Assembly: GCF_963921235.1 (NCBI RefSeq)
Contig: NC_086097.1
Span: 154,630,001-154,694,000 of the forward strand
DNA length: 64,000 nucleotides
From: Mobula hypostoma
Lineage: Eukaryota
Reading direction: 5' to 3'
Under the pieces are notes generated by a model. The model saw only the letters and a list, made by a program, of their open reading frames with translations. It made no database searches and had not been told where the DNA came from. Each line of letters starts with the position of its first letter. The stretch's first letter is position 1. Position numbers and translations under genes: made by a program. Positions 1 to 12,017 of the stretch are shown here, in pieces.

Positions 1-627
1 CATCCATATCGTATCTCCTTGACATGTTAGATATGTCCGCCACCATGAAGACCAATGCAAAATAGCATTCCATTCTGATTCTGATTCTGAAAAAAAAAGT
101 TAGCATGAATAAAGATGAACAGAGTAGCCCAGCAGATGGAAAAGGGAGAGGCTGAAAAATGTCTGGTGAAGCAAACACTGAAATACTGGAAGAACTGAAC
201 CAGTCAAGCAGCCTCTGATGGAAGAGAAACTGGTCCATGCTTCAGATGAGGGATCTTTCCTCAGGGTTGGAGAAAGAGTGGAGGGGTTACAGTTTTCAAC
301 ACAGACTGGGGGGGGGGGGAAATGAAGTGCAAAACAAAATACTATATGGAAATTAGTTAAAACAGATCAGGTGATAAGGAGCATGAATTCTGACTGCAAG
401 ACAGGCATTTTATAATATCGTAGTTCTGATGAAGGATCCCTCACCCAAAATATTACTTGTTTTCACTTTCCCTAGATTCTTCACTGGAACAGTTCTGCCA
501 CCATCTTTTTTTTGCTATTATTTCAGTTGCCGGCATTGCACTTTTATTTGTTTTCCATATCTGCTGAGGCTTTGGTGTAGTTTGGATAAGGTCATGCTGG
601 GAGAACTTTCAATGATCTGCCAAAAGG

Positions 628-1000
628 TTGAGAGGGGACTTGATAGAGGTGTTTAAAATTATGAGGGGGATTGATAGAGTTGATATGGATAGGCTTTTTT
701 CATTGAGAGTGGGGGAGATTCAAACAAGAGGACATGAGTTGAGAGTTAAAGGGCAAAAGTTTAGGGGTAACATGAGGAGGAACTTCTTTACTCAGAGAGT
801 GGTAGCTGTGTGGAACGAGCTTCCAGCAGAAGTGGTTGAGGCAGGTTTGATGTTGTTGTTTAAAGTTAAATTGGACAGCTATATGGACAGGAAAGGAATG
901 GAGGGTTATGGGCTGAGTGCAGGTCGGTGGGACTAGGTGAGAGTAAGAGTTCGGCACGGACTAGAAGGGCCTGTTTCTGTGCTGTAATTGTCATATGGTT
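628..1000 (+). mobile_element. CR1 LINE 3' fragment
   Basis: ORF RGDLIEVFKIMRGIDRVD...RRNFFTQRVVAVWNELP, the CR1 ORF2 C-terminus. Confidence 0.85.
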
Positions 1001-1678
1001 AAAAATAAATTTGAATATGTCAGGATATGTTTGTTGAAGTTCAGCTGTGGAACATTTTAAAGAGCAAATGATTATGAGACCATTGAAAAGAATGCCCAGT
1101 ACCTTTTTAAGCATCCTGGTAAGCTGATTAAGCTATCTGAAGAGGAACTGGAAAGTTATTTGGGATATTAAAGACTGAGTTAAAAAGTAGAAAATATTAA
1201 ATTTAGGCAGAAATCAAAAAATCTACCATCTGAATTTTTAAATTTTCAAATTCTAGACATTTACAATTTAAGAGGCTTGGTGAAGACACAGTTAACCATG
1301 CTATGATTTACTTCTACTGACCTCTCTGAGCCAATATAACTTTGACCGATGTGCACAAACTGACAATTTTGCTAAACGTACAGAGAATGACAACTGTTTT
1401 ATTTTGGTTACATCTGTGAAGATGAGATGTCTTGGACTTGCAATGAATATATTAGATCCAAACATTATCAGTGAAGCTATTGCATTTAGTTACTTAATTT
1501 GATCAGTTTGCATATTTTGTAATTTGTCAGTGGGATCACTGGAGGTGGGAGGTTCAGTTAATCACTAGTTTATCTACCCTATTGATCAGCTTCAATAGGA
1601 ATGAGATTGGAGGATACCCATCAATTAGAATTGAACAGAGAATTCTCAAATATAGGATAAAGATAACTTGCCAGACAA

Positions 1679-1920
1679 TTATATTTTTGTATGTAATTGC
1701 TTTATTCTTCTATTTTGTACAATTTAGCTGAAACGATCTTTGTTCTGTTCCTCAGTGTACTGTATCATATCCTCCAGGATCTCCCGGACTGCCTAGTTAT
1801 ATTTTTGTATTTAAGTGCAGTATTCTTGAAGTTTTGTGCAATTTTACTAAAAAGAATCTTTGTTCTGTTCCTCAGTGTCCATTACCATGTCCTGCAGGTC
1901 CTCCTGGATCTCCCAGGCTG
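1679..1920 (+). repeat. Degenerate ~120 bp tandem duplication including the acceptor and part of the NC3 exon
   Basis: atctttgttctgttcctcagtgt at 1736 and 1856; ttatatttttgtat at 1679 and 1797; outer boundaries approximate. Confidence 0.75.
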
Positions 1921-1930
1921 CCAGGATAAG
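1876..1930 (+). pseudogene. Collagen exon A (NC3/COL2 junction) CPLPCPAGPPGSPRLPG*; 55 bp instead of 57
   Basis: ctcag|TGTCCATTACCATGTCCT...GGATAAG|gtaaac; CPxxCP motif of collagen IX NC3; Gly>Arg (AGG) and TAA at 1927-1929. Confidence 0.8.
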
Positions 1931-2993
1931 GTAAACAGTAGTTATTTATACTGTTCTATTCCTGTTTATTGAGAACTGAATCCTGTCCTACAAGAAACCA
2001 TGGTTGAGAACTCAATCAAAGAAACTGATTTTGATTTTTTTTATTACCTATTTTAGTTTGAAGAAAGGTTCTATTTATTTGGCAAGGCCGGTGGACAGAC
2101 ATGTTGGATAGGACAGAGAGATCCCAATCCTCTTTAATTGTGCTGTACAGTCTTTTACAGTGGTAGCCTAAGTTATTTGCACAAATTCTAGATTAAATGT
2201 TCGATACCCAACCTGCTGATTCACAGAGGAGGGTAATGATATCTGAACCAAGCTACCACATAAGGTAAAGGCCTACCTCACTGTTGCCTTTATTTTTGCT
2301 TTGTTGGTGACGACATTTTCCACTTGTGTCAGGGCTTAGACAGATAAATACTCCTGTGATTTGGCAGCATGCAGCTCTGTCACTGCACAATCCACCACTG
2401 TGCTTGAGTGGTCATTGGTTCCACAGACTCTCAGAATCACACAGCAGAGAATCAGGCCATTTGCCCCACCAGGTCTGTGTTGACCATCAAGCACCTTTTC
2501 ACTTTATCAAATTTTATTCTCCTCACATTTCCGTCGACTCCCCCAGCCCCTGCCCTGATGCTACCCCTCACCTGCAGAGTAAGGACAATTTAAAGTTGTC
2601 AATTAGCCTACCAACGCACACAGCTTGGGGATAGAGGAAGTTACTGGAGGAAATTACCCAGAGGAAATCCTTATGGTCAGAGAGAGAATGTGCAAACTCC
2701 ACATAAACACTAGAGGCTTGGATCACTGGAGAATTGAAGAATCTGCTCTTCCAACAGTGCCACTGTCATTCCAGAATCTTTCATTTCTGCCCATAATTTT
2801 GCAACACTTCAGAGTGACAAGGCGTGATTCCAGTTCTCTCTTGTTTAGTGTGTACCCTCAGTGAACCATGATTGACTTTAGTTGAGACCAGCATGTTTTT
2901 CAGTATTTCATGATGTTGCATTTTAATTCACTACACAACTGCACAAACCTGTTTCGTACTGATACTGAAAATTAACCACCTTTTCTCTTCTAG

Positions 2994-3047
2994 GGACAGA
3001 AAGGCCAAAAAGGTGTTGCTGGAGCAGTGGGCAAGGAGGGTCTGAAG
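2994..3047 (+). CDS. Collagen exon, 54 bp, GQKGQKGVAGAVGKEGLK
   Basis: ttctag|...|gtatat; 6 Gly-X-Y triplets. Confidence 0.9.
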
Positions 3048-4352
3048 GTATATGAACAGAGCCAAATTTCCTCTTAGTATATTTCTCAAGTTCTGTGAGA
3101 ATTGTTATGCTTTTGGAATAGGCCATTCATCCCATGAAGTCAAAGTCAAAGAGCAGTGCAGCTCAGAAACAGGCCATTTGGCCCATCTAGTCTCTGCCAA
3201 GCTATTATTTTGCATAGTCTCATTGACCTCGACCTGGACCTTAGCCTTCCATGTACCTCCCATCGATGTACTTATCCTAATTTATCATAAATATTAAAAT
3301 CAAACACACATCCATCACTTCCACTGGCAGCCTGTTGCACACTCTTACCAGCCTCTGAATGAAGAAGTTCCTCCTCAAGTTTCCCTTAAATATTTCACCT
3401 TTCACCCTTAACTTAGAACGTCTGGTTTTAGTCTCACCCAAAGGTTTTGACTTTGGCAGGACTCAAACCGAGACCCTTTGATTCACTTCAACCATGAGAA
3501 ATTCAATGTGCTATCCATTGTGCCATGAGCAACCCATTAGATCCTCTTCCAGCTCCTAATTCCTGCCTTCCTCCTCCCATAGACCCGCAAATAGTGTGCC
3601 TTTAACATTCTCACATATTTCCCTTTAATGGACTCTACCTTTGCCCCACCTTTACTGTCAGTGAATTCCAACCATAATCACTCCTGGTTTAAGAAAGTTT
3701 TCCATATTTCCTTGTTTTTTTTTACACCTATGTTTTGGATCTTCTCTGCTCCTCTAATTATCCATAATGGGAACAAGGAAACTGAGAAACTTTGAAAAAC
3801 AGGAACATAGGTAGCCCATAGGATCCTTTGATATTACTCCACCATTTATTATGATTATGATGGCTGTCTGTCTCCACACTATATTCTCATTCTTTCCTCA
3901 GGTTCTTCAATACTTTTTGCATCTAGAGATTTTTTTATTATAAATTTTCTGAAGACAATGAGCAACTTGACCACTATATCCCTCTGTGGTAATAAGCTAC
4001 ACAGGTTCACCAACCTCAGATGAGAAGAAGTTTGTCCATGCAGTGTCTTGAATGTCCTCCCCATAACCCAAAACACTGATCCTTCAGTACAGCTTCGCCA
4101 GAGGAAACATCATCCTCAAATCAAATTTGTCCAGCTCTGTTATAATTTTGTTAGTTTTTATGAGATCCCCTTTCCTCTATACTCTAGTTACTAGACATTT
4201 AATTGGTTGAATATTGCAACCAAAAAAAAATCTGGTGGACTATTGCTGTACTCACTCGCTGCCAAGCATATTCTTTCTTGAAAATGTAAGCCAAACTCCT
4301 ATGGGTATGATGTTATCACCAAAGGCCTGTACATCTGAACTAAGCCACCCTT

Positions 4353-4922
4353 CAAAGAATGTGTGTATATAAATAAATAAGGGATGGGGTACGAGGGGGA
4401 GGTGGGGCATTAGCGGAAGTTAGACAAGTCAATGTTCATGCCATCAGGTTGGAGGCTACCTGAGTTGGAGCCAACTTCCGCTAATGCCCCACCTCCCCCT
4501 CGTACCCCATCTGTTATTTATTTATATACACACATTCATTCTTTCTCTCTCTCTCTCTCCTTTTTCTCCCTCTATTCCTCTGACTATACCCCTTGCCCAT
4601 TCTCTGGGTTTTCCCCCTCCCCCTTTTCCTTCTCCCTGGGCCTCCTGTCCCATGATCCTCTCGTGTCCCTTTTGCCAATCACCTGTCCAGCTCTTGGCTC
4701 CATCCCTCCCCCTCCTGTCTTCTCCTATCATTTTGGATCTCCCCCTCCCCCTCCCACTTTCAAATCTCTTACTAGCTCTTCCTTCAGTTAGTCCTGATGA
4801 AGGGTCTCGGCCCGAAACGTCGACTGTACCTCTTCTGAGAGATGCTGCCTGGCCTGCTGCGTTCACCAGCAACTTTGATGTGTGTTGCTTGAATTTCCAG
4901 CATCTGCAGAATTCCTTGTGTT
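4353..4922 (+). mobile_element. Penelope-like element terminal repeat (pLTR) with short inverted 5' segment
   Basis: Highly similar to arms at 12018 and 13245; 4357-4422 is the inverse of 4473-4537; flanking taagcca(c/t)cctt duplication at 4341-4352 and 4923-4934. Confidence 0.75.
4789..4826 (+). ncRNA. Minimal type I hammerhead ribozyme motif (Penelope-associated)
   Basis: agtc-CTGATGA-a-gggt ctcg gccc-GAAA-c-GTC-gact; stem I agtc/gact, palindromic ACGT stem III. Confidence 0.7.
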
Positions 4923-7832
4923 TAAGCCATCCTTGCTCCTTTCCTAAAATTCTCTTGCTATGAAGATTAATGTACCATTTGGCAACTTAACTGCTTCCTT
5001 AACTCATATGTTTGCTTTCTGTATCTAATGTATATCAATACATATTTTTGTAAAACAATTGGAATAACATGCTTTTATCTTGTTTTTCCTAACATAGTGG
5101 ATAACTTCATACTTATCCACATTGTGCTGCATCTGCCAGGTTTTTGACTGTTCATGCAATTTGATGGCCAACTTGAAGCCTCTTAAACCCTCTTCCAGAA
5201 TCCCACAGTGTTGTTGGCCATCCAGGTCATTAAATCACTAATCTCTCCACTATCCCACTGTTACCATTTGCACCTCAGATGACCCATTTATTACTACTTT
5301 CTGTTTTTGACTCTCAACTATTTTTTAGTTTACGCCACTATATTGATTCCAACTTGATACAGGTATAACAAAGAAAGCTAATGAAGGGATTGTCTAAAGT
5401 TATTTATAATTAATCTAAAATCCAGTCACAGCGTAGATAAGAAGTCATCTCAAAGTCCCTAAGTATAGTTCGGAACATGTTTCCTCAGTAAAGATGTTGT
5501 TTAATTTTGCATACTGAACTTTTATTTAGGAATTTATCAACATCTTTCTGAAAATGCACTGTTTCTCACTTGTCTATTCTACCAATTACATGCTCAGAGT
5601 TCTAATGTCAAACATTATTTGCCTTCCACACATCCATGTTGATTTTGGCTAATCCCATGATGATTTCAAATGCACCATTATCTCAACCTTCATGTTAGAC
5701 TCCAGCTCCTTTCCCTCTACTAATGTTAGGATAACTAGCCTAGTGTCCTGTTTTATCCCTTACTCCTTCCAGAGTAGGTTCCCTCGATTTGTCATCATTG
5801 GAGCCGTCCTGAATTCCTCGACCAATTCTCCCATCAACATTATTATGATTGTGAAAGAGAATAATTCCAGACTCCTCAGAGTCATAGAGCATTACAGCAT
5901 AGAAACAGGCTCTTCAGCCCATCTAGCCTTTGCCAGCCTGGGTTTACTCCTTAGTCCTATCTAGCTGCATACCGACCATAGCCCTCCGTGTCTTTCTCAT
6001 TCATGTACCAAACTAAACTTTACTTAAATGTTACAATTGAACTTGCAACTGTCACTTCCCATTGACCCACACTTGTACCACCGCTGAGTGAAGATGTTCC
6101 CCCTCATATTCCCCTTAAACTGTTTCATCATTCACCCTCAGTATAGTTCCTGAAGGGAAAACTCCTGCATACGTTCACCCTCTCTATACCCCTCATAAAT
6201 TTTCTATACTTCTATAAGATCTCTCCTCATTCTGCTGCACTCATGGGAATAAAATCATGGTCTATTCAACCTTCCCCTGTAACTTAGATCAAGTTCCAAC
6301 AGCATCAGCATAAATTTTCTCTGCACTATTTCAGACTTATTGATATCTTTCCTACACGTGGGAAAATCTTCCCTGTATGCCCAATTGAACACTATAGTTG
6401 GAATTCTACCTCCTTGGAAAATAGCATACTTTTTCTAATCCTCTTACGCTTCAATGTTCTACAGAAAGTCTAATATACAGAATTGTGTACGGTACTCCAT
6501 TTGGATTAACACTGTGTTTTATAGAGCTTCAACAGAACCTCGCTCCTTTTACATACAAATTAGGAGAAGGAAAACCTTACTTGATCCTTCAAGTCTCCTC
6601 CACCATTTGTTAAGTTTTCTTTACAGTTACTAACCGATCTCTCAATATATCCTGACACAATTTCCACGAATGTAAACCATAGTCTCTTTGTTTCCATACT
6701 ACCTTCAGAAATATGGCATCTGAGCCACTTATTCCCCCCTTGTTCTTTATGCCAACGTGTATCAGTTCACATTTGTCTGTCTTCCCATTCTGTCAGTCTA
6801 TTGTGTTTACTTGTTATTAACTTTCCTTGTCACCATATACCATATCCTCATTTTTATTTCATCTGCAAACGTTGATATGTTAGCATGCACACCTATATCC
6901 AGGCAAACTGCTAGGAACCTCTAAGGAGGAACATTGTCAACTGTACTTAGCAACATTAACATGATCACATGATTTCTTATCTACTGTGTGAATGATGCCT
7001 ATATTCACAGACTTGCCTCCTTTAACCTGAAAAATAATTATAAATAACTTTAGAGAAACTTTTCTTTAGGCTTTCTCAGCCAGAAACGTTGACTGTTTAT
7101 TCTTTTCCATAGATGCTGCTTGGCCTGCTGAGTTCCTCCAGCATTTTGTGTGTATTGCTTTCATTAGCTTTCTTTGTTACTTAATCAGAAAGTTCAATCT
7201 GATTAGTCAAATATATTGTATTTCTAACAAATCCATGTGTCCCTTCTTTTATTAATCCAAATCCCTTAAAGTGTCAATTATTTCTAACTATTTGCCACCA
7301 CATTAATCCAAGATTAAATAAATCAACCGGTCAGCAGTTACCACGTATGCCCTTGCACCCCATTTCATATTGCTAATCTAGTGATTTATGGATTATTTCC
7401 TCTTGTGGATACCTTGGAAAATTTGAATGTTAAATATTGTCTAGTGTGGGATAATATCAAACATCCAAGCATTGACATTATGGAAGAGCCTGAATCTACT
7501 TTCACTAATGTACTGTAGATGTGCAGTTTCTTGCAATCACCTTTTGATACTCTGTTCTACACAAATGTGCAACAATAGAAGTCATTATTGCCAAGAGCTT
7601 TTTTCTTGGGAAACATTGACACAGAGAAATGAACAAAACTGGAAGCTTTCTGATCTAAGTTGAAAAGCACCGTCCAAAGGAGCTTTGGAAGCTCAGATTT
7701 CTGAAAGACTTTTCTGTCTTCAGAGTGAGGGGATTCACTGCTCAGCAATTAACACTTCTCAGTAATGGTGCTTTGTTTTGCAAAGTTGGATTATTCTGTA
7801 AAATGTATTCTTTTGTCATTGTTAAAATACAG

Positions 7833-7886
7833 GGCAATCGTGGCTCTCCTGGGCCACAAGGTATCAGAGGTCTCCCTGGATCTGAG
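7833..7886 (+). CDS. Collagen exon, 54 bp, GNRGSPGPQGIRGLPGSE
   Basis: atacag|...|gtatat; 6 triplets. Confidence 0.9.
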
Positions 7887-8821
7887 GTATATATGTGATA
7901 TCATTCAATTAAAGTAAATATTTTCTAAATGCATACATATTTTCTGAGTATATTTCAGTTTTCATAATTCACATAAATACCATCTGTGATGTTTTGACAA
8001 CTGAATAAGCATAGAAACTTACAGCACATTACAGGCTCTTCAGCCCATAATGTTGTGCTGACCATGTAACCAAAATAGTTAACCAGTTTGCTATAACTCG
8101 GCTGATGTCTCTATTAAGCACTTGATACAGATATGTTAAATATTTATTATGACCATCTCCTATCTCCTCATTAGTAATTTCATTCATATTAAAAGTGGAT
8201 TTCCCACCAGAGTGTAAACAGTAGGTGCTTACCTTCCATCCTTCAGATGTTAAATTTAACTGTCTAAATTTCCCTCCATGTTAAGTCTTATAAAAACAAA
8301 AGTTCTAAAGTCTAATGTAAGACTCAATATGTTATCACTGCCTAATTTATGATTGTGTTTATTACAGTATTTCCAGGCTTTTTCTCAACAATTTTATTTA
8401 GATAATCAGTAAGAAAGATTAGTTTAGGTGAAGCGTCTTTGTCACTGCTAAACAGTGGAATTGATAGAAAATGGAAGAGGAATGCACTTGTATCATTTCT
8501 CTTAGAGAGCTCATGAACAGTTCTGTAAGTTCTCCATAAGAAAGTCTTTCTTCTAATCAATATATCCTGTGTCTTGTTCCCTCAGTCATTTTCAGCTTAA
8601 TGTCAGCATCTGTCTGTCCCCACTTGTCAGCAGGAATCCATCCCAATTGTCCAACATCATCACATCATTAAATTTCAGATGCAACTATCAAAAATATTAA
8701 AATTATTTTGTTTCCAGAAATTAGGACTAGTTTCCCATCACAACGTCAGCACTGCAGCGGTAAACACAGAGTCACAGGCTCTTTGATTTAGTTTAACCTA
8801 TTATTAGTTATTTTACTCTAG

Positions 8822-8875
8822 GGTTCTCATGGACGTAGAGGTTTTCCTGGTGCATCAGGAAATAAAGGGAGCAAA
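8822..8875 (+). CDS. Collagen exon, 54 bp, GSHGRRGFPGASGNKGSK
   Basis: ctctag|...|gtgagt; 6 triplets. Confidence 0.9.
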
Positions 8876-9876
8876 GTGAGTACTATATTAAAAATATTTT
8901 CCATGAGGATGTACAATATATTATAACTTTCAGTCAATTTGTTATCAGTTAAGCTTGCAAAGAAAGAATTATTGCTCTTCTCATCTACAATGCCTATATT
9001 AATATTTTTGAAACAGATACAATTATTTTACTTAATATTCTGTATTTGTGTTATTTTTCCCAAGCCAATTTCCTCTGCAATTCTTGTGCTACCTCCAACC
9101 TAATTTTAACACATCATGTTCCTTCAATACTTGTTCTCTCCATTGCCACAGCAAAGTTCTCTTTGCTCCTGTTGTTTTGCCTCAGCACATTTAATACACT
9201 TCCTCATTGCTTTACTGTAATTTCTATCCAGAGTCCTAAAAATTATACCTTAAGATGTCATCCCATTTTCTTTGTGCCTATTACAGTTCCTCTTTAATGG
9301 CATCATTCTGGAAGATTACTTTCACATTAATACACATGGTAATGGAACTCAAGTTATATTTTTGAAATTACCTTTCAGATTTCCACTATGCCATAATAAA
9401 TAATAAAATAATGTGAGATAGCAAATCTCAAGGTTGTATAACTTATACATTCTTTGATAATAAATGAATCTTGAATCTTGATAATTAATATAAGCAATAT
9501 TAATAAATAAAGTTTTGATATTGACTCTCACTAGACATCATGAGCATTTGGATGAACTGCAGAATAACTGAGATTTAGAGAAGGAATTTCAGCTCTTACT
9601 TTCTGTCAATCAATATTTCTGGAATTAAACTTAATTTTGTTTTGCAGTTTAACATTTATTATTAGAATTTTTCTTTTCTAATAGTTCAGTTTAACAAAAA
9701 TTCCCTTTTCTACCTCTGGCATATATGTAAATGAGGCCTCTTGGTTGTGCTTGCCAATGTGGATAGTGAGATGTCTCCTTGACATTGCACAACTGTAGAT
9801 CTACGTGGCACTAACATAAACTTTAGATCTGAAGTCAGACCTGTTAGCAGATGCAAGATCAAAGGTATTGTGAAAG

Positions 9877-11145
9877 GACGAATCTCATAGAATTTTTTGA
9901 GGATGTAACTAGTAGAGTGGATAGGGGAGAACCAGTGGATGTGGTATATTTGGATTTTCAAAAGGCTTTTGACAAGGTCCCACACAGGAGATTAGTGTGC
10001 AAACTTAAAGCACACGGTATTGGGGGTAAGGTATTGGTGTGGGTGGAGAATTGGTTAGCAGACAGGAAGCAAAGAGTGGGAATAAACGGGACCTTTTCAG
10101 AATGGCAGGCGGTGACTAGTGGGGTACCGCAAGGCTCAGTGCTGGGACCCCAGTTGTTTACAATATATATTAATGACTTGGATGAGGGAATTAAATGCAG
10201 CATCTCCAAGTTTGCGGATGACACAAAGCTGGGTGGCAGTGTTAGCTGTGAGGAGGATGCTAAGAGGATGCAGGGTGACTTGGATAGGTTGGGTGAGTGG
10301 GCAAACTCATGGCAGATGCAATTTAATGTGGATAAATGTGAAGTTATCCACTTTGGTGGCAAAAATAGGAAAACAGATTATTATCTGAATGGTGGCCGAT
10401 TAGGAAAAGGGGAGGTGCAACGAGACCTGGGTGTCATTATACACCAGTCATTGAAAGTGGGCATGCAGGTACAGCAGGCGGTGAAAAAGGCGAACGGTAT
10501 GCTGGCATTTATAGCGAGAGGATTCGAGTACAGGAGCAGGGAGGTACTACTGCAGTTGTACAAGGCCTTGGTGAGACCACACCTGGAGTATTGTGTGCAG
10601 TTTTGGTCCCCTAATCTGAGGAAAGACATCTTTGCCATAGAGGGAGTACAAAGAAGGTTCACCAGATTGATTCCTGGGATGGCAGGTCTTTCATATGAAG
10701 AAAGACTGGATGAACTGGGCTTGTACTCGTTGGAATTTAGAAGATTGAGGGGGGATCTGATTGAAACGTATAAGATCCTAAAGGGATTGGACAGGCTAGA
10801 TGCGGGAAGATTGTTCCCGATGTTGGGGAGGTCTAGAACGAGGGGTCACAGTTTGAGGATAGAGGGGAAGCCTTTTAGGACCGAGGTTAGGAAAAACTTC
10901 TTCACACAGAGAGTGGTGAATCTGTGGAATTCTCTGCCACAGCAAACTGTTGAGGCCAGTTCATTAGCTATGTTTAAAAGGAAGTTAGATATGGCCCTTG
11001 TGGCTACAGGGGTCAGGGGGTATGGAGGGAAGGCTGGGTTCTGAGTTGGATGATCAGCCATGATCATAATAAATGGCGGTGCAGGCTCGAAGGGCCGAAT
11101 GGCCTACTCCTGCACCTATTTTCTATGTTTTCTATGTTTCTATGT
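9877..11145 (+). mobile_element. Young 5'-truncated CR1 LINE (RT domain to 3' tail)
   Basis: Uninterrupted ORF with YLDFQKAFDKV, GVPQGSVLGP, KFADD; (TTTCTATG)n tail. Confidence 0.95.
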
Positions 11146-11605
11146 ATGTGTTGATGTAGAATTATTCAGAGCTACTAATTGCCCTGAACTAATAAAAGAT
11201 TTTTTGAACTTTTTCTTAATTCAATACTATTATTTAGTTGTAAAATCCTACAGTCGGTCCAAGGATAATTCAGGAACATTTAAACTTTGGCTGCATGTGA
11301 TTAGTAACCAGTGTTAGGCACCCTGCTGTTGGTTAGCATCAAGGTGGAGAATACTGCACTGAACCAGTATGAATTTTGTAGCTTTCAAATTCTAATACAG
11401 CCTTCATACACCCTTTTACAGGTTTCTGCCTCACAGCTTCATTCCTGAAATAGCATCCTTTTTGTTGCACTTCATAAAGAACAGATAAAATTGAAGTTTC
11501 ATTTCACAATAAGAAGTTTCCAGCTATTTTTTGAAGCATTTTTTTTAAAGCAGGAAATATAAAGTCTGAAGCTTATCAATTCTAAACGTTTTCTTTTCCT
11601 TCCAG

Positions 11606-11659
11606 GGAACTCCAGGATATAATGGCTTGCCGGGGCCCCCAGGCCCACCTGGACCTACT
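11606..11659 (+). pseudogene. Collagen exon, 54 bp, GTPGYNGLPGPPGPPGPT; splice donor mutated
   Basis: ttccag|...|ttaagt (expected gtaagt). Confidence 0.85.
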
Positions 11660-12017
11660 TTAAGTGTCCAGTGATTTTTACTGTAGTTAATTTCAAGGTG
11701 CATGATAGATTTTGTTCAGGTAGGTTAGACAGCAGGACCACTGACCAATACAAAAATGCTGATTTCTATCCCCTGACTACAGACCTGTTGCTGGAAGATT
11801 GGGGGTCAGTGGTGCCCTTTTACAACAGTCACAGACACACTTTCCACTTTCTGCATTAAAAATTATCTAACTGATTTGATTGAATAAAGCACTCTGCGGT
11901 TATAACCTGTTTTGTTTTCAAATATGAAGTATTGGTGCACTGTAGACTGTTAGGTGAAAGCACTAGAGCACAAAACAAACTGCACTGTCGACGTAACTGG
12001 GTAGTTCACAATTTGTG

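Noticed and set aside
4432..4963. Pro/Ser-rich ORFs (also 11950-12423 and 13391-13906) as proteins
   Set aside because: Chance frames across low-complexity Penelope terminal repeats
9851..11044. 397-aa ORF as a host or domesticated gene
   Set aside because: 5'-truncated CR1 ORF2; the ATG comes from flanking DNA and near-identical copies occur in the window
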